A stretch of DNA of 64,000 nt from Gammaproteobacteria bacterium (GCA_965222615.1 CBDCUI010000008.1:992001-1056000); one strand, 5' to 3'. Counted from the first letter of the stretch, positions 31,153 to 45,283 are shown. Notes: generated by a model from the sequence alone, not told the origin. Made by a program: numbers and translations.

Positions 31153-34029
31153 ATGTTTAAAAAATCTGTGCTGCAAATTGGTGATATAGAAAAACAGTCT
31201 TCTCTTGGGTCATCAGATCCTATCGAGGTGATGTGTCGTTATGATGGGCGAATAATCAAAGTTAACGACTCAGGTCGCCAATTATTAAAACTATTAAAAA
31301 TAAAAAAAATGAATCGGCTGCTACCGGATGATCATTTTGAATTAATCGATCAAGCCTTGCATAGTGGTGAAGTAGTTGTTGCTGCTAACAAAGTAAATAA
31401 CTATAGTTTTGAATGGAAATATTTTTTAGATCAAGCCAGCAAAGTAATCCGCATTGAAAGTATTCAACATGCTTCAGATGAAACAAATCGTCCAGATAGT
31501 CCAATTAATATTGGTGTATCCATAATAGAGCATTGGACTAACTTCCTAGATACGATACCTGTTTCTGCATGTGTAACTGAAAATAATAATGACCGAATTA
31601 TGGTCATTAATCAGATGGCAATGCGCTTACTAAATATAACGCCTGGAAAAGAAAAATCTACACAATTACGTAATTTGTTTACGGATCCAGAGTCTATCAA
31701 AAAGATTAATCAATCGCTTATTAAAAAAGGCTTCGTGAAAGATTTTAAGATATCTATTGCAAATAAAAGTGGAAATAGATGGGGTCATGTTAAGTTGCTT
31801 GTGAATATAAAATTGGTACGCAAGCTAGAAGGCTCTTTCTTAGTTTGGACTTTCTCTGATTATACAATGGGCTCAAAGATCGAATATGCACTTAGAGAAA
31901 GTGAAAGCAAATTTGAAAATGCAATTCAAGGTGCACAAGAAGGAATATGGGAATGGCAGGCTGGGCTTGAAGGGAAAGAATGGTGGTCAGAGCCAATGTT
32001 TGAGTTGTTAGGATTTAAACCTAACGAGTGTGAGCCAGGACTAGCTCAGATGCAACGTCTATTAAATCCAGAGGATCGCGAAACCTTTAATAATGCATGG
32101 AGTACTTTAGTAACCACTAAAGGCTCAGAATTTTTGCTAGAAGCTCGTCTTGCTGTTAAGGATAAAGGTTATAGGTGGTTTGTGATAAGAGGAACGGCTA
32201 CTTACGACTATACGGGTAATGCGACCAAAGTAGTAGGCTCGATTAGTGATATTCATTTGCAAAAACAAGCTCAATCGCAACTAGCGAATGAGAAGGATAA
32301 AGTAGTTGCGACTTTGCGATCAATTGTTGATGCTGTGATTACAACAAATGAGCGTGGTGAGGTGCAATATATTAACGAAGCGGCTAAACGCTTTCTAAAC
32401 TGTACTGAGCAGGAAGCTAGAGGTAAATATATTGAGAAAATTTTAAGCTTGTTTGAAGAGGAGTCCGATAAGCGAATTGAAAACCCTATAATTTCATGTC
32501 TATCGAATTGCGATCACACTAACCAAAAACTTAATGCAGATATTGTTACTAAGGCCGGGGCTAAATTTACTGTGCAAGTAATGGCTACTCCACTAATTTC
32601 TCAAGGTGGAAAAATTTATGGCGCTGTATTGGTTATGAATGATGTAACTAATTTACGTACACTTTCCAGAAGATTGCGCTATCAGGCAAGCCATGACTCA
32701 TTAACGAGATTAATTAATCGGTCTGAGTTTGAGCGTAAAGTCAGGAAAGCGATATTAGATGCAAAAACTAAACGACATAATAGTGCGATCATCTATATTG
32801 ATCTAGATCGTTTTAAAATGATTAATGATTTATTTGGTCATGCTGCAGGTGATGAGCTATTAATACAATTTAGCAATTTAGTAAAAAGCAATCTTAGAGA
32901 TGAAGATATACTGGCGCGTCTTGGTGGGGATGAATTTGCCTTATTGTTGCGCGGTTGTTCACTACAATTGGCAGAAGAGAAAGCTCATGAAATACTAAAT
33001 ACAATTCAGGAATACAAGTTCATATGGGAGCAGAAAAGTTTCAATATAGAAGCTAGCATGGGTGTTGCTGAAATCAATGAAAGGTGCTTTGATCTTTCAT
33101 ACATATTATCGTCGGTAGATAGTGCATGTTACTTAGCTAAAGAGTCTGGCCGAAATTGTGTCCGAGTATTTAGAGAAGGCGACGTGGAAATCAATCATCG
33201 CCGTGGACAGGAACGTTGGTTGCAGCGTTTTGACAAAGCATTAAATGACGGTAGGTTAGTTATTACTGCTCAACCCATAATAAATATTAAAGCGAATAAA
33301 GATCCCAATACCCATAAAAATGGATTTGAAATATTGATTCGTATGCAAGACGATAACGGACGGTTGGTACCACCGAAAGCATTTTTGCCAGCAGTAGAAC
33401 GCTATAATCGTGCGCCAAAGCTTGATCGTTGGATATTGAACCATGTGCTTAAATTATTAGCTGAACATCCTGAGGTATTACTACAGTTAGATAAGTGTTC
33501 AATTAATCTTTCAGGCCAATCTTTAGTATCTGAAGGCTTTTTACCCTTCATCATGGCAAAACTAAGAGAATTTGAGATTGATCCTAGTAAAATTTGTTTT
33601 GAAATTACTGAAACTGCCGCTATTGCTAACTTAACTCAAGCAACCTCGTTTGTACAAAGTTTAAAAGATTTGGGTTGTTATTTTGCTTTAGATGATTTTG
33701 GTGCAGGTTTGTCATCCTTTGCTTACTTGAAAACACTACCAGTAGACTATTTAAAGATCGATGGCATGTTTGTAAAAGATATTCATAATGATGATGTAAG
33801 TCGTGCGATGGTGAGGGCAATTAATGACATGGGGCATGTATTAGGCAAAGAAACTATTGCGGAATACGTAGAGAATGAAAATATTTTAAATATATTGAAG
33901 GAAATAGGAGTTGACTATGCGCAGGGATTTCATTCCGGTCGCCCAGAACCTGTGCTTGAATTTTTTGAGTCTTCAGAATTTAAATTTGACAAACGAACTA
34001 CACAAAAGTTATTTGCGCTAGGTGGTTAA
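31153..34029 (+). CDS. PAS-GGDEF-EAL signalling protein
   Basis: Multiple PAS/PAC, RLGGDEF, EILIR, DDFGAG, LKIDG, YAQG. Confidence 0.95.
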   Translation: MFKKSVLQIGDIEKQSSLGSSDPIEVMCRYDGRIIKVNDSGRQLLKLLKIKKMNRLLPDDHFELIDQALHSGEVVVAANKVNNYSFEWKYFLDQASKVIRIESIQHASDETNRPDSPINIGVSIIEHWTNFLDTIPVSACVTENNNDRIMVINQMAMRLLNITPGKEKSTQLRNLFTDPESIKKINQSLIKKGFVKDFKISIANKSGNRWGHVKLLVNIKLVRKLEGSFLVWTFSDYTMGSKIEYALRESESKFENAIQGAQEGIWEWQAGLEGKEWWSEPMFELLGFKPNECEPGLAQMQRLLNPEDRETFNNAWSTLVTTKGSEFLLEARLAVKDKGYRWFVIRGTATYDYTGNATKVVGSISDIHLQKQAQSQLANEKDKVVATLRSIVDAVITTNERGEVQYINEAAKRFLNCTEQEARGKYIEKILSLFEEESDKRIENPIISCLSNCDHTNQKLNADIVTKAGAKFTVQVMATPLISQGGKIYGAVLVMNDVTNLRTLSRRLRYQASHDSLTRLINRSEFERKVRKAILDAKTKRHNSAIIYIDLDRFKMINDLFGHAAGDELLIQFSNLVKSNLRDEDILARLGGDEFALLLRGCSLQLAEEKAHEILNTIQEYKFIWEQKSFNIEASMGVAEINERCFDLSYILSSVDSACYLAKESGRNCVRVFREGDVEINHRRGQERWLQRFDKALNDGRLVITAQPIINIKANKDPNTHKNGFEILIRMQDDNGRLVPPKAFLPAVERYNRAPKLDRWILNHVLKLLAEHPEVLLQLDKCSINLSGQSLVSEGFLPFIMAKLREFEIDPSKICFEITETAAIANLTQATSFVQSLKDLGCYFALDDFGAGLSSFAYLKTLPVDYLKIDGMFVKDIHNDDVSRAMVRAINDMGHVLGKETIAEYVENENILNILKEIGVDYAQGFHSGRPEPVLEFFESSEFKFDKRTTQKLFALGG

Positions 34030-34032
34030 GCA

Positions 34033-34593
34033 TTAACCCTGGGTTTCCAATCCCATGATGGTTGGATACGAATCCCTGGTATGAAATCTTGCAATGGATA
34101 TATACCGGTTATTACTACAGTGCTGTAACTCTAAAATATATTTTTTTTCACTCTCTGCGGTAATATGTTCCCTGAGTGTCTGAGCAGTTTTATCTGCGGT
34201 TTGTTTACTATTAAGTGCATAGTACTTTGTTGAAAATATATATTGTTCATCAGTATTTCGTACGATGTCTTGACGAATACGATATTCATCAGGCGTAGAG
34301 TCACTGGTTTTGTTAGCCACACGTTGAATAACGATATCTACATTACCGCTTTCCAATTGCATCATCATTTTACTGTCTCGGTTTAAATTGGCATCCATGT
34401 AGGCAGCTTTTTTCATGTATGAGTTTGTTGTTTCTTGCAGTTGGGCCTTACGTAGCTGACGATCTATATTGTCATCACCATTTTGTTCACGATATTGAAG
34501 ACGAACACCTGAACGGCTGATGTAGATACCTATAACATCGATCGGATATTCATTTTCAATGTGGTCGCGTAAACCTTCAGTGTTTAATGCCAT
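34033..34593 (-). CDS. Hypothetical protein
   Basis: 186-aa ORF. Confidence 0.65.
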   Translation of the reverse strand: MALNTEGLRDHIENEYPIDVIGIYISRSGVRLQYREQNGDDNIDRQLRKAQLQETTNSYMKKAAYMDANLNRDSKMMMQLESGNVDIVIQRVANKTSDSTPDEYRIRQDIVRNTDEQYIFSTKYYALNSKQTADKTAQTLREHITAESEKKYILELQHCSNNRYISIARFHTRDSYPTIMGLETQG

Positions 34594-34712
34594 TTTGAAT
34601 CAATTAAGTAGTAGTAAATATCAAGTTTAGGGCAGTACATTATTATCCTGAAAATCAAATGATTTTCAGATTCGGGGTGGGCAAGCGGGAGGCCCTGAAG
34701 GACTAACTGTGG

Positions 34713-34898
34713 TTAATCACATGTAGTAATGCCAAAAGGTACGTAAAGCGGACACGTACCTAAGAGGCCAGTCAGTACAGGAACTACGCCAATTAACCCA
34801 AACCACCAGCCACCTTGAAATGCAAATGCCAAGCCTATGAGTAATAGGCCAATTAGAATTCTCAGCATGCGCTCTGTTTCACCAACGTTTGTAGTCAT
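34713..34898 (-). CDS. DUF2892 (YgaP-like) membrane protein
   Basis: NVGETERMLRI..G.CPLY..FGITTC; AAGGAGG SD. Confidence 0.88.
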   Translation of the reverse strand: MTTNVGETERMLRILIGLLLIGLAFAFQGGWWFGLIGVVPVLTGLLGTCPLYVPFGITTCD

Positions 34899-35313
34899 TT
34901 GTTTTGCCTCCTTAAATGTTAATAATTATGGTCAGGAAATTATCTGAAGCTATTAGACCTATGTTAAGTAATCCTACCGAAGATGAATGTAATGAGCTAT
35001 ACCTTTATAAAATAACTTACTAAATATGGCGAAATATCTTTTTATCTAGAACGTAAATACTTGCAGCTAGTCAACCAGGTTTATGGAGAACGACTAAAAG
35101 TATTTAGGCACTAGGGTCAGTCATTACTATGTGCTGACCGTTATCCAAAAAAATTAAGCAATTACCACCTATTCTTGAATTGATACCATTAATCATGTTT
35201 GTGCCAATTTGTTCAAGCGGAAGGAACATAGGTCGTTTAATATGGCGATTAACATTGATAATTAAATCTCGAAATGGCTGTATAATTCATTCAGAGTTTG
35301 TGGAGAGGAACTG

Positions 35314-35553
35314 ATGGCAAAGAAATCGTTATTTGGTGGGATTTTAGGGAAAAAGCAATCTAAGCCTGTGGTTGAAGCTGAACAAGTTGATGCTGAGGCC
35401 AATGAAGAGTCAATTGAGCATCTTTATATAACCGAAGATGATAAGAAAAATAAAAAGTATAAGAAAAAAATTGTCACCAAGGATCCAAAAATTGATACCG
35501 CAATTCTTCGTAATAGAATCGCCGATAAAATTGCTAAAATGGATAATAATTAA
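35314..35553 (+). CDS. Hypothetical charged protein
   Basis: GAGGA SD, 79 aa. Confidence 0.6.
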   Translation: MAKKSLFGGILGKKQSKPVVEAEQVDAEANEESIEHLYITEDDKKNKKYKKKIVTKDPKIDTAILRNRIADKIAKMDNN

Positions 35554-35703
35554 GGTATTCTAACCGCTATTTCAGTTAAGTCTTATCTCATAATCAATAA
35601 TCCTTAGTTCAGAAATGATTTGCTTGTTTCGTAAAAGCGAAACGACAGTGTGAGTGTATTTATGGCAAAATATGGACATTCAATATTGTCTTCCTTCATT
35701 TGA

Positions 35704-36534
35704 ATGTGTTTCCAATTAAAGTTTTTCTCAATATTAATAATATTCTTTCTATCTCTTGCAATAGTCGCAAATGACAAAAAGCTCGAACTTTCTGGGAATT
35801 TAATCCAAGGTGGTCTGGTATATGGAGAGACAGCTCCAGGCTCAAAAGTGAAATTTAATCAGCACTGGGTGCGTGTTTCCTCAAATGGTACATTTATATT
35901 AGGCTTTGGACGTAATTTTCCTGAGCATGCAGATTTAATTATTTACTCAGCAGCAGGGTCCAAGTCTGTTTACAAACTTAAAATTAAATTGCGTGAATAT
36001 AAAATTCAACGCATTGATGGATTACCGGATGACAAAGTAAATCCTGACGAAAAAGCGTTGCAGAGAATACGCAAAGAGCAAGCGGAAATTGCCAAAGCGC
36101 GTGATATAGATGATGCTCGACAAGACTATCTATCGGGATTTATTTGGCCAGTACAAGGACCCATAACTGGAGTATATGGTAGTCAACGTATCCTCAATGG
36201 ACAAGCACGACAGCCACATTATGGAGTCGATATCGCGGCACCTAGTGGTAATCCCGTTGCAGCCCCTGCTGCAGGTATCGTGACATATGTGAATCCAGAT
36301 ATGTATTTTTCAGGGGGTACGCTGGTGCTCGATCATGGGCATAATTTATCTTCGTCGTTTTTGCATTTGCAGAAAATTCTAGTGAAGGTTGGTGATGTGG
36401 TAGAACAGGGCCAGACGATTGCATTAGTTGGCGCCACGGGAAGAGTCACTGGAGCACATTTGGATTGGCGCATGAATTGGCGTGAGCAACGTTTAGACCC
36501 CGCCCTAATTATGGGGGACACCCCGATTCATTAA
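35704..36534 (+). CDS. M23 metallopeptidase
   Basis: HYGVD, TGAHLDW, signal peptide. Confidence 0.93.
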   Translation: MCFQLKFFSILIIFFLSLAIVANDKKLELSGNLIQGGLVYGETAPGSKVKFNQHWVRVSSNGTFILGFGRNFPEHADLIIYSAAGSKSVYKLKIKLREYKIQRIDGLPDDKVNPDEKALQRIRKEQAEIAKARDIDDARQDYLSGFIWPVQGPITGVYGSQRILNGQARQPHYGVDIAAPSGNPVAAPAAGIVTYVNPDMYFSGGTLVLDHGHNLSSSFLHLQKILVKVGDVVEQGQTIALVGATGRVTGAHLDWRMNWREQRLDPALIMGDTPIH

Positions 36535-36645
36535 AAAATATTAGTAGAATAATACAGTTAAAATAATAGGTTACATAACAATTATAATAAAGACTTTAAG
36601 TATGTAGATTTACATCTATAGGTAAATCCATACACAATGTAAGCC

Positions 36646-37197
36646 ATGCAGACTAAATCTGGTCAATTAAATATAGAAACCAAAACCTCGCAGTTTGAAG
36701 CGATTGTGCAGGCCTATTCCAAAGATTTATATCGATTTGGACTGTGGCTTACCAAAGATGCACAAGTTGCGGAGGATTTGGTGCAAGAGACTTTTTTACG
36801 CGCTTGGAAGGCAATGGATTCTTTGAAGGATCCCAATGCAGTAAAAAGTTGGTTATTTACGATTTACCGTCGTGAAAATGCGCGGCGATTTGAGAAAATC
36901 AGACCAGATACAACGCCTATTGACGATATAAATATCGATAAATTTGCACAACTTGAAGATGATTTTGCTAAAACTGAGGTGATAGCACTGCGTGAAAGTT
37001 TAAAAGAATTGCCTGAAGAGTATTTAGAGCCGTTACTTTTGCAAGTATTAGGTGGGTACAGCTGTGAAGAGATTGGCGAAATAATTGGCATTAAAAAGGG
37101 CGCTGTAATGACACGTGTATTTCGCGCACGTAAAAAATTACGTGAAATTTTGTTAGATGAAGACAGTAATAGTAGTCAAAAAGTTACTGAGATTTAA
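36646..37197 (+). CDS. ECF sigma factor
   Basis: AEDLVQETFLRAW, WLFTI, region 4 VMTRVFRAR. Confidence 0.93.
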   Translation: MQTKSGQLNIETKTSQFEAIVQAYSKDLYRFGLWLTKDAQVAEDLVQETFLRAWKAMDSLKDPNAVKSWLFTIYRRENARRFEKIRPDTTPIDDINIDKFAQLEDDFAKTEVIALRESLKELPEEYLEPLLLQVLGGYSCEEIGEIIGIKKGAVMTRVFRARKKLREILLDEDSNSSQKVTEI

Positions 37198-37220
37198 GGC
37201 CTAAGGATTAGGGTATTTAT

Positions 37221-37943
37221 ATGGATGCAAAATGCATTGAGGTAAGAAGAGAATTAACTACTGATCCTCAAACTAGAGATGCTGATATTTTGCAACACCT
37301 TAATAGTTGCACCAGCTGCTCGGATTATCTCAAGGAGTTGAGGCTTTTTGATACTAAGCTTGCTAAAGCTATAAAGGTTGAGGTTCCGGAAGGCTTAGAG
37401 TCGCGCATTTTACTGGCTCAGAAGATGGGCCAACCACCCCAAATGTCGAGGCAATCTAAGTGGCGAGATTATACTTGGATGTCGCTTGCAGCAGGTCTTG
37501 TCGTTGCTATTGGTATTACCATAGGTGCATATAAGCTGGGTGAATCCCATGGTATCGAGCGTGAAGTACTAGCACATATTTATGAAGATATATATGCCCT
37601 GGATAGAAACGATAATATAGAACTGGCATCGTTGAATAAGATATTGAAGCCTCATGGAATTCAAGCCGATGCAGGTATTGGACATATTCGTTATGCCGCT
37701 AATTGCCCCATTGGTGACAAAACCGCACCACATATGGTTTTAGATGATGATCAAGGCAAGGCGGTAACGGTTATGTATATTCCTTGGAAAGACTCCTTTA
37801 AGCGCATGCCTTTTGATGATGAGAGATTTAATGGTGTTTTGGTTGGCGCAGAACAGGGTAGTTTTATAATTGTTTCGGAAAATCAACAGTCTTTAAAGCC
37901 GATGGAAGATCGCGTCATAAAATCGATAGAAATACGAATCTAA
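37221..37943 (+). CDS. Anti-sigma factor, DUF3379-like
   Basis: HLNSCTSC ZAS motif, TM, follows ECF sigma. Confidence 0.8.
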   Translation: MDAKCIEVRRELTTDPQTRDADILQHLNSCTSCSDYLKELRLFDTKLAKAIKVEVPEGLESRILLAQKMGQPPQMSRQSKWRDYTWMSLAAGLVVAIGITIGAYKLGESHGIEREVLAHIYEDIYALDRNDNIELASLNKILKPHGIQADAGIGHIRYAANCPIGDKTAPHMVLDDDQGKAVTVMYIPWKDSFKRMPFDDERFNGVLVGAEQGSFIIVSENQQSLKPMEDRVIKSIEIRI

Positions 37944-39127
37944 TTCAGGCTTTGATAGTAGTCCATTAATATTTTTGCCACTTCCGGTCTTGCAAACTCC
38001 TTAGGTAAATTTTCTCCTGCAGCAAGCATGCCACGAACTTTGGTACCAGAGAGCAATACAAAATCATCTTTTTGGTGGTCTGGTGCATCACGCATCATCA
38101 CCACTTTATTCAATTTTTTAGAATAAGCGGTATGATCAGCACGAAATACTTCTATTTCCAATGCACCGGATGGAACTTCATCATCAAAAATTGTTTGAGC
38201 ATCGAATGCGCCATAATAGTCACCTACACCGGCATGATCACGTCCTATAATAAAGTGAGTGCATCCGCAATTTTGACGAAATACAGCATGTAGCACAGCT
38301 TCACGAGGACCTGCATACAGCATGTCGAAACCATAGCCAGTAATCATTACCGTATTCGGCGGGAAATATAAATCTACCATTTTACGAATGGCTGCATCAC
38401 GCACCGGGGCAGGGATGTCTCCAGGTTTTAATTTTCCAAGTAACATATGAATGAGAACCCCATCGGCATTCACGGTCGCTTGAGCCATTTTACATAGTTC
38501 CTCATGTGCGCGATGCATAGGGTTACGGGTTTGAAAACCTACTACACTGTTCCAACCGCGTTCAGCAATTTCGTCTCTAATTTCACTTGCAGTGCGAAAA
38601 GTTTCGGCAAATTCATCTCTAAAGTAACTATAGTTCAATACTTGAATAGGCCCTGAAATGACAGTTTTCCCCAATGACATGAATGTTGCGGCACCGGGAT
38701 GGTCCGCAGCAGTGGTTCTATACACTTTTTCTGTAATAGTAGCTAGCTGATCGTTGCTAAGTTCTTCTATTGCCTCAACATCTTGAATAGCAATAACTGG
38801 ATTTCCGTCTACATTTGGGTCTTTTAATGCAATACGCTTTGCAGTACCAATCGATGAAGCATCTTCAACTAGATTTAATACTGGCGTAGGCCAAAACAAA
38901 CCACTTGTAGTTTGCATCTTCTCAGCAACAGACATTGCATCTGCAACATTCATATAGCCATCCAATGGCGTGAAATATCCAGCACCAAGCATTACTGCAT
39001 TAGAAGCCGCAGCCGAGTTGACTAAAATTGAAGGTAGATTTTTTGCTTCTTCTTCTAGCTGTTTGCGTTGAGCATCGTCTTCTACATATAAAGGTTTTAA
39101 AGTATCCGATCCATGCGGCTTGATCAT
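37940..39127 (-). CDS. sat: Sulfate adenylyltransferase
   Basis: FQTRNPMHRAHE, YAGPREA, GRDHAG, SGTKVR. Confidence 0.97.
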   Translation of the reverse strand: MIKPHGSDTLKPLYVEDDAQRKQLEEEAKNLPSILVNSAAASNAVMLGAGYFTPLDGYMNVADAMSVAEKMQTTSGLFWPTPVLNLVEDASSIGTAKRIALKDPNVDGNPVIAIQDVEAIEELSNDQLATITEKVYRTTAADHPGAATFMSLGKTVISGPIQVLNYSYFRDEFAETFRTASEIRDEIAERGWNSVVGFQTRNPMHRAHEELCKMAQATVNADGVLIHMLLGKLKPGDIPAPVRDAAIRKMVDLYFPPNTVMITGYGFDMLYAGPREAVLHAVFRQNCGCTHFIIGRDHAGVGDYYGAFDAQTIFDDEVPSGALEIEVFRADHTAYSKKLNKVVMMRDAPDHQKDDFVLLSGTKVRGMLAAGENLPKEFARPEVAKILMDYYQSLN

Positions 39128-39566
39128 TGCTTACTCCCAAATATTTAATGATATTTAAAAACGATTAAATGGTCTTAATTATTGTCTCTAGTCAAATCTG
39201 AGATTGGTGGCATACGAATATGCCATCTACGAATCAGTTACTTCAATAACAGATTCGGCGAAGGCAAATACGGACATGTGCCAGACTTGCTGTAGCTGTA
39301 TTTTTCCGACAAGAAAAATACAGCTCATAGATAATTATTACAGTATGAAAGTCTTAGCTTAGCTAGTTGATTGTCTTAATAGTGCTATTAGTAGTTTTAT
39401 TTCGACCCAAATTTGATGCGGCTAGATTATCATTGCCGAATAGATTGGTGTAACTATCTATTTTTCATAGTGTTATATGGCAAGTTCTCTATATTTGAGC
39501 CAGTACACAATTCCCATGCGCTAGTTGTGAGATTATAGCTGAAATTATTTTGCTAGGTTTTACGAC

Positions 39567-39800
39567 ATGGAAGATAAGTTTGATAGCGCAATCAAAGAGG
39601 TCACGGAAGATTTTGATAGCGTACCCACTACTGAGGATCCGCGGACTGGAATCGATCGTAGACATACTGTAGCGACAGAATTTCCAATTAAGGATCATGA
39701 TGGCAACGTGATTACAAAAGATCGACGCTCAAAACAAGACCGGCGTGCAAGAGATATCGACATCGACGATATCAGTGAATACGTTGTAGATTTGCACTAG
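39567..39800 (+). CDS. Small protein with repeated DRR motifs
   Basis: DPRTGIDRR..DRRSKQDRR. Confidence 0.6.
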   Translation: MEDKFDSAIKEVTEDFDSVPTTEDPRTGIDRRHTVATEFPIKDHDGNVITKDRRSKQDRRARDIDIDDISEYVVDLH

Positions 39801-39804
39801 CAGA

Positions 39805-40236
39805 TATTTTCCAGCGTTAGGTATAAACCCCGCGGCTTGAATGCCGATAACTGCGCAGTGCTTATCTTCATCTGACAAATCTCCGGTAATACCGACAGAG
39901 CTAATTATTTTCGTATTGGGCCTCTTACTAAAACGCCCCCTGGAACAGGTAAAAGTCTTTGCTCAGATAGGTTGATCAAAGCATTCATGAACATCGGTCG
40001 TTCTTCACCCATTTCTCCCAACTCGCGGGATGAGACTCCAACACCAATGACACCCCAGGCCTTCGCTAGTGCAATCTGTGGACGCATGAGGCTGACACCG
40101 TCGCGCGAGATAATGCCCTAATGTGTCCCCCTGCATTTAATATGACCACAGTGAGAGAGGCTAGTTTACGTTTTTTGCCTTCATCATGCGCTGCCTTAAT
40201 GATTATATTGGCTTGTTCTAATGTAATTTCCGTCAT
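39805..40236 (-). pseudogene. GlcG/HbpS (DUF336) heme-binding family pseudogene
   Basis: MTEITLEQA..NAGGH / DGVSLMRPQIALAKAWG..PGGVLVR / SVGITGDLSDEDKHCA..GI across two frameshifts. Confidence 0.8.
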
Positions 40237-40340
40237 TAGTATTTTTCCTTAGTGTGAGGCTTGTCATTTAGAAAAGCGTTATGAATTTATTCCTTATGTT
40301 AGTAAAATAGCTGTAATAAAAAACCTCCCATATAACAACA

Positions 40341-43680
<3,340 letters not shown>

Positions 43681-43776
43681 ATACCATCACTTGTGTTTAG
43701 GATATTATTGGTTACTAAATTTTTCAAATTCAAAGAAAATTTCAGTTTCTCATGTAATACAAAGGAGGAACGAATT

Positions 43777-44352
43777 ATGAACAAGATATACTCTAGTAGC
43801 CTAATGGCGTTGTGCCTATTTTTGGTGGCTTGTGAAGATTCGTCAGAACGTACTGCTAAAAAATCAGAGGCAGTGGCGACAGTTCAATCGGCAGAATCCG
43901 ATAAGAGCAGCGGTCTTAAAAGTGCCTGTGATGTATTTCCTTTGGATATTGCGCAACACATTTTAGGCGATAATGTTGAAAAGGGACATGGCAGTCAGCC
44001 GGATAGCTATGATGAGCAGCTCAAGGTAAGAGTCTCAACATGCACTTATCAAGCAGATGATCCAAATTCGGCGGGTATTTTAGTGGCTTCTCTTAGCCTC
44101 AGAGCAGCTGGCTCAGATAAACAAAGAGCGGACAACGAAGCATTGTTGGAATTAGGAATGCAAGCTTTTGAAAGTGACGATTTTAAAGTAGAGAACATAA
44201 ATGGATTGGGTGATAAAGCATATGCGATTTCGAGCTCACTTGGAGAATTTATTCACATGTTGGCTAATGATAACCAGTACATGCTAATAGTTAGTGCACA
44301 AACACGTGAACAAACTGAGGAATTAGTCAGGCTTGTGCAGGGAAATTTATGA
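43777..44352 (+). CDS. Hypothetical lipoprotein
   Basis: AGGAGG SD + ATG 43777; LVAC lipobox. Confidence 0.75.
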   Translation: MNKIYSSSLMALCLFLVACEDSSERTAKKSEAVATVQSAESDKSSGLKSACDVFPLDIAQHILGDNVEKGHGSQPDSYDEQLKVRVSTCTYQADDPNSAGILVASLSLRAAGSDKQRADNEALLELGMQAFESDDFKVENINGLGDKAYAISSSLGEFIHMLANDNQYMLIVSAQTREQTEELVRLVQGNL

Positions 44353-44417
44353 AATAGTATAAAAGTTGATTTATCCGCAAAGTAGTCTAAAGACTGACAT
44401 AGTTTGACTGAAATGAT

Positions 44418-44780
44418 TTATTGTATTGGGCTGATCATTTCGATGATTTCATCAATATAGTCCAATAAGGCGCAGGCCAGCATATCATCTGACTTTTTTT
44501 CACCAATATTCAGCAATCCTTGTAATGCATTGATGATTATCTGTGAATCTTGCTTAGAGTGATTAAGTTGTTCTTCTATATTTTCAATATGTATCATGGC
44601 AGCGGTTTTATCACGATCTGAATCCAGAATATCTGGAAAGTGCGTACTAACTTGTTAGATAAATTTAAGCAGTGCATGTTTTTTGTCTTCATGGGTGTAA
44701 CCACTATAGGCGTGTCTAAGTGGTGGTATCAATTGCACAGGGTAATTTTTGGTTGCGGATTTATCTTTTTCATTGGTCAT
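44418..44780 (-). pseudogene. 120-codon ORF with a single internal TAA
   Basis: AGGA SD + ATG; in-frame TAA at 44655-44657, frame otherwise open to 44418. Confidence 0.55.
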
Positions 44781-44788
44781 AGTTTTTC

Positions 44789-45283
44789 CTAAGCTGGCTT
44801 AAATTCAAGTACTTGGCCGTTGTTACACCAGCGTTGGCCAGTAGGTAAAGGACCATCCATAATCAAATGCCCATGGTGACCTGAGCAGCGTGCGCATCGA
44901 TATGCTGTGCTTGGCAAAATGCTTCTGAAATCAGCATATACCTCCAGATGACCTTTAATATGGTCACTAAAGCTAGGCCAACCAGTCTTACTGTCATATT
45001 TCATCTCAGAAGTGAATAATGCCAATTGGCAGCCCACACAATAATAAGTCCCGGGTGCATTAAATGTATTAAAGTCACTGGAAAAGCGTGGTTCAGTGGC
45101 GCCAGTGCGTAATATGGCGTATTGAGCCGGGGTAAGTTTGTTGCGCCAAAATTCGTCGGAGTGCATCCATTTTTCTATACTGGGATCGGCTTTAATTGTA
45201 AGTTTATTATGACCTGAACTTAGTTGCAGCACCGTAAACACTGAAACACCACCAACAGCGAATAAAAAACTTCTTCTATTCAA
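44789..45283 (-). CDS. msrB: Peptide-methionine (R)-S-oxide reductase, Tat-exported
   Basis: NRRSFL, KYDSKTGWPSF, HHGH, RWCNN, two CxxC. Confidence 0.93.
   Translation of the reverse strand: MNRRSFLFAVGGVSVFTVLQLSSGHNKLTIKADPSIEKWMHSDEFWRNKLTPAQYAILRTGATEPRFSSDFNTFNAPGTYYCVGCQLALFTSEMKYDSKTGWPSFSDHIKGHLEVYADFRSILPSTAYRCARCSGHHGHLIMDGPLPTGQRWCNNGQVLEFKPA

Noticed and set aside
34648-34669. 10-bp inverted repeat CTGAAAATCA/TGATTTTCAG, and an imperfect one at 36600-36633
   Set aside because: Single occurrences with no assignable regulator; not distinguishable from chance in AT-rich DNA.
39195-39330. SAM riboswitch upstream of sat
   Set aside because: SAM-I/II conserved motifs not found by eye; kept only as an unassigned structure.
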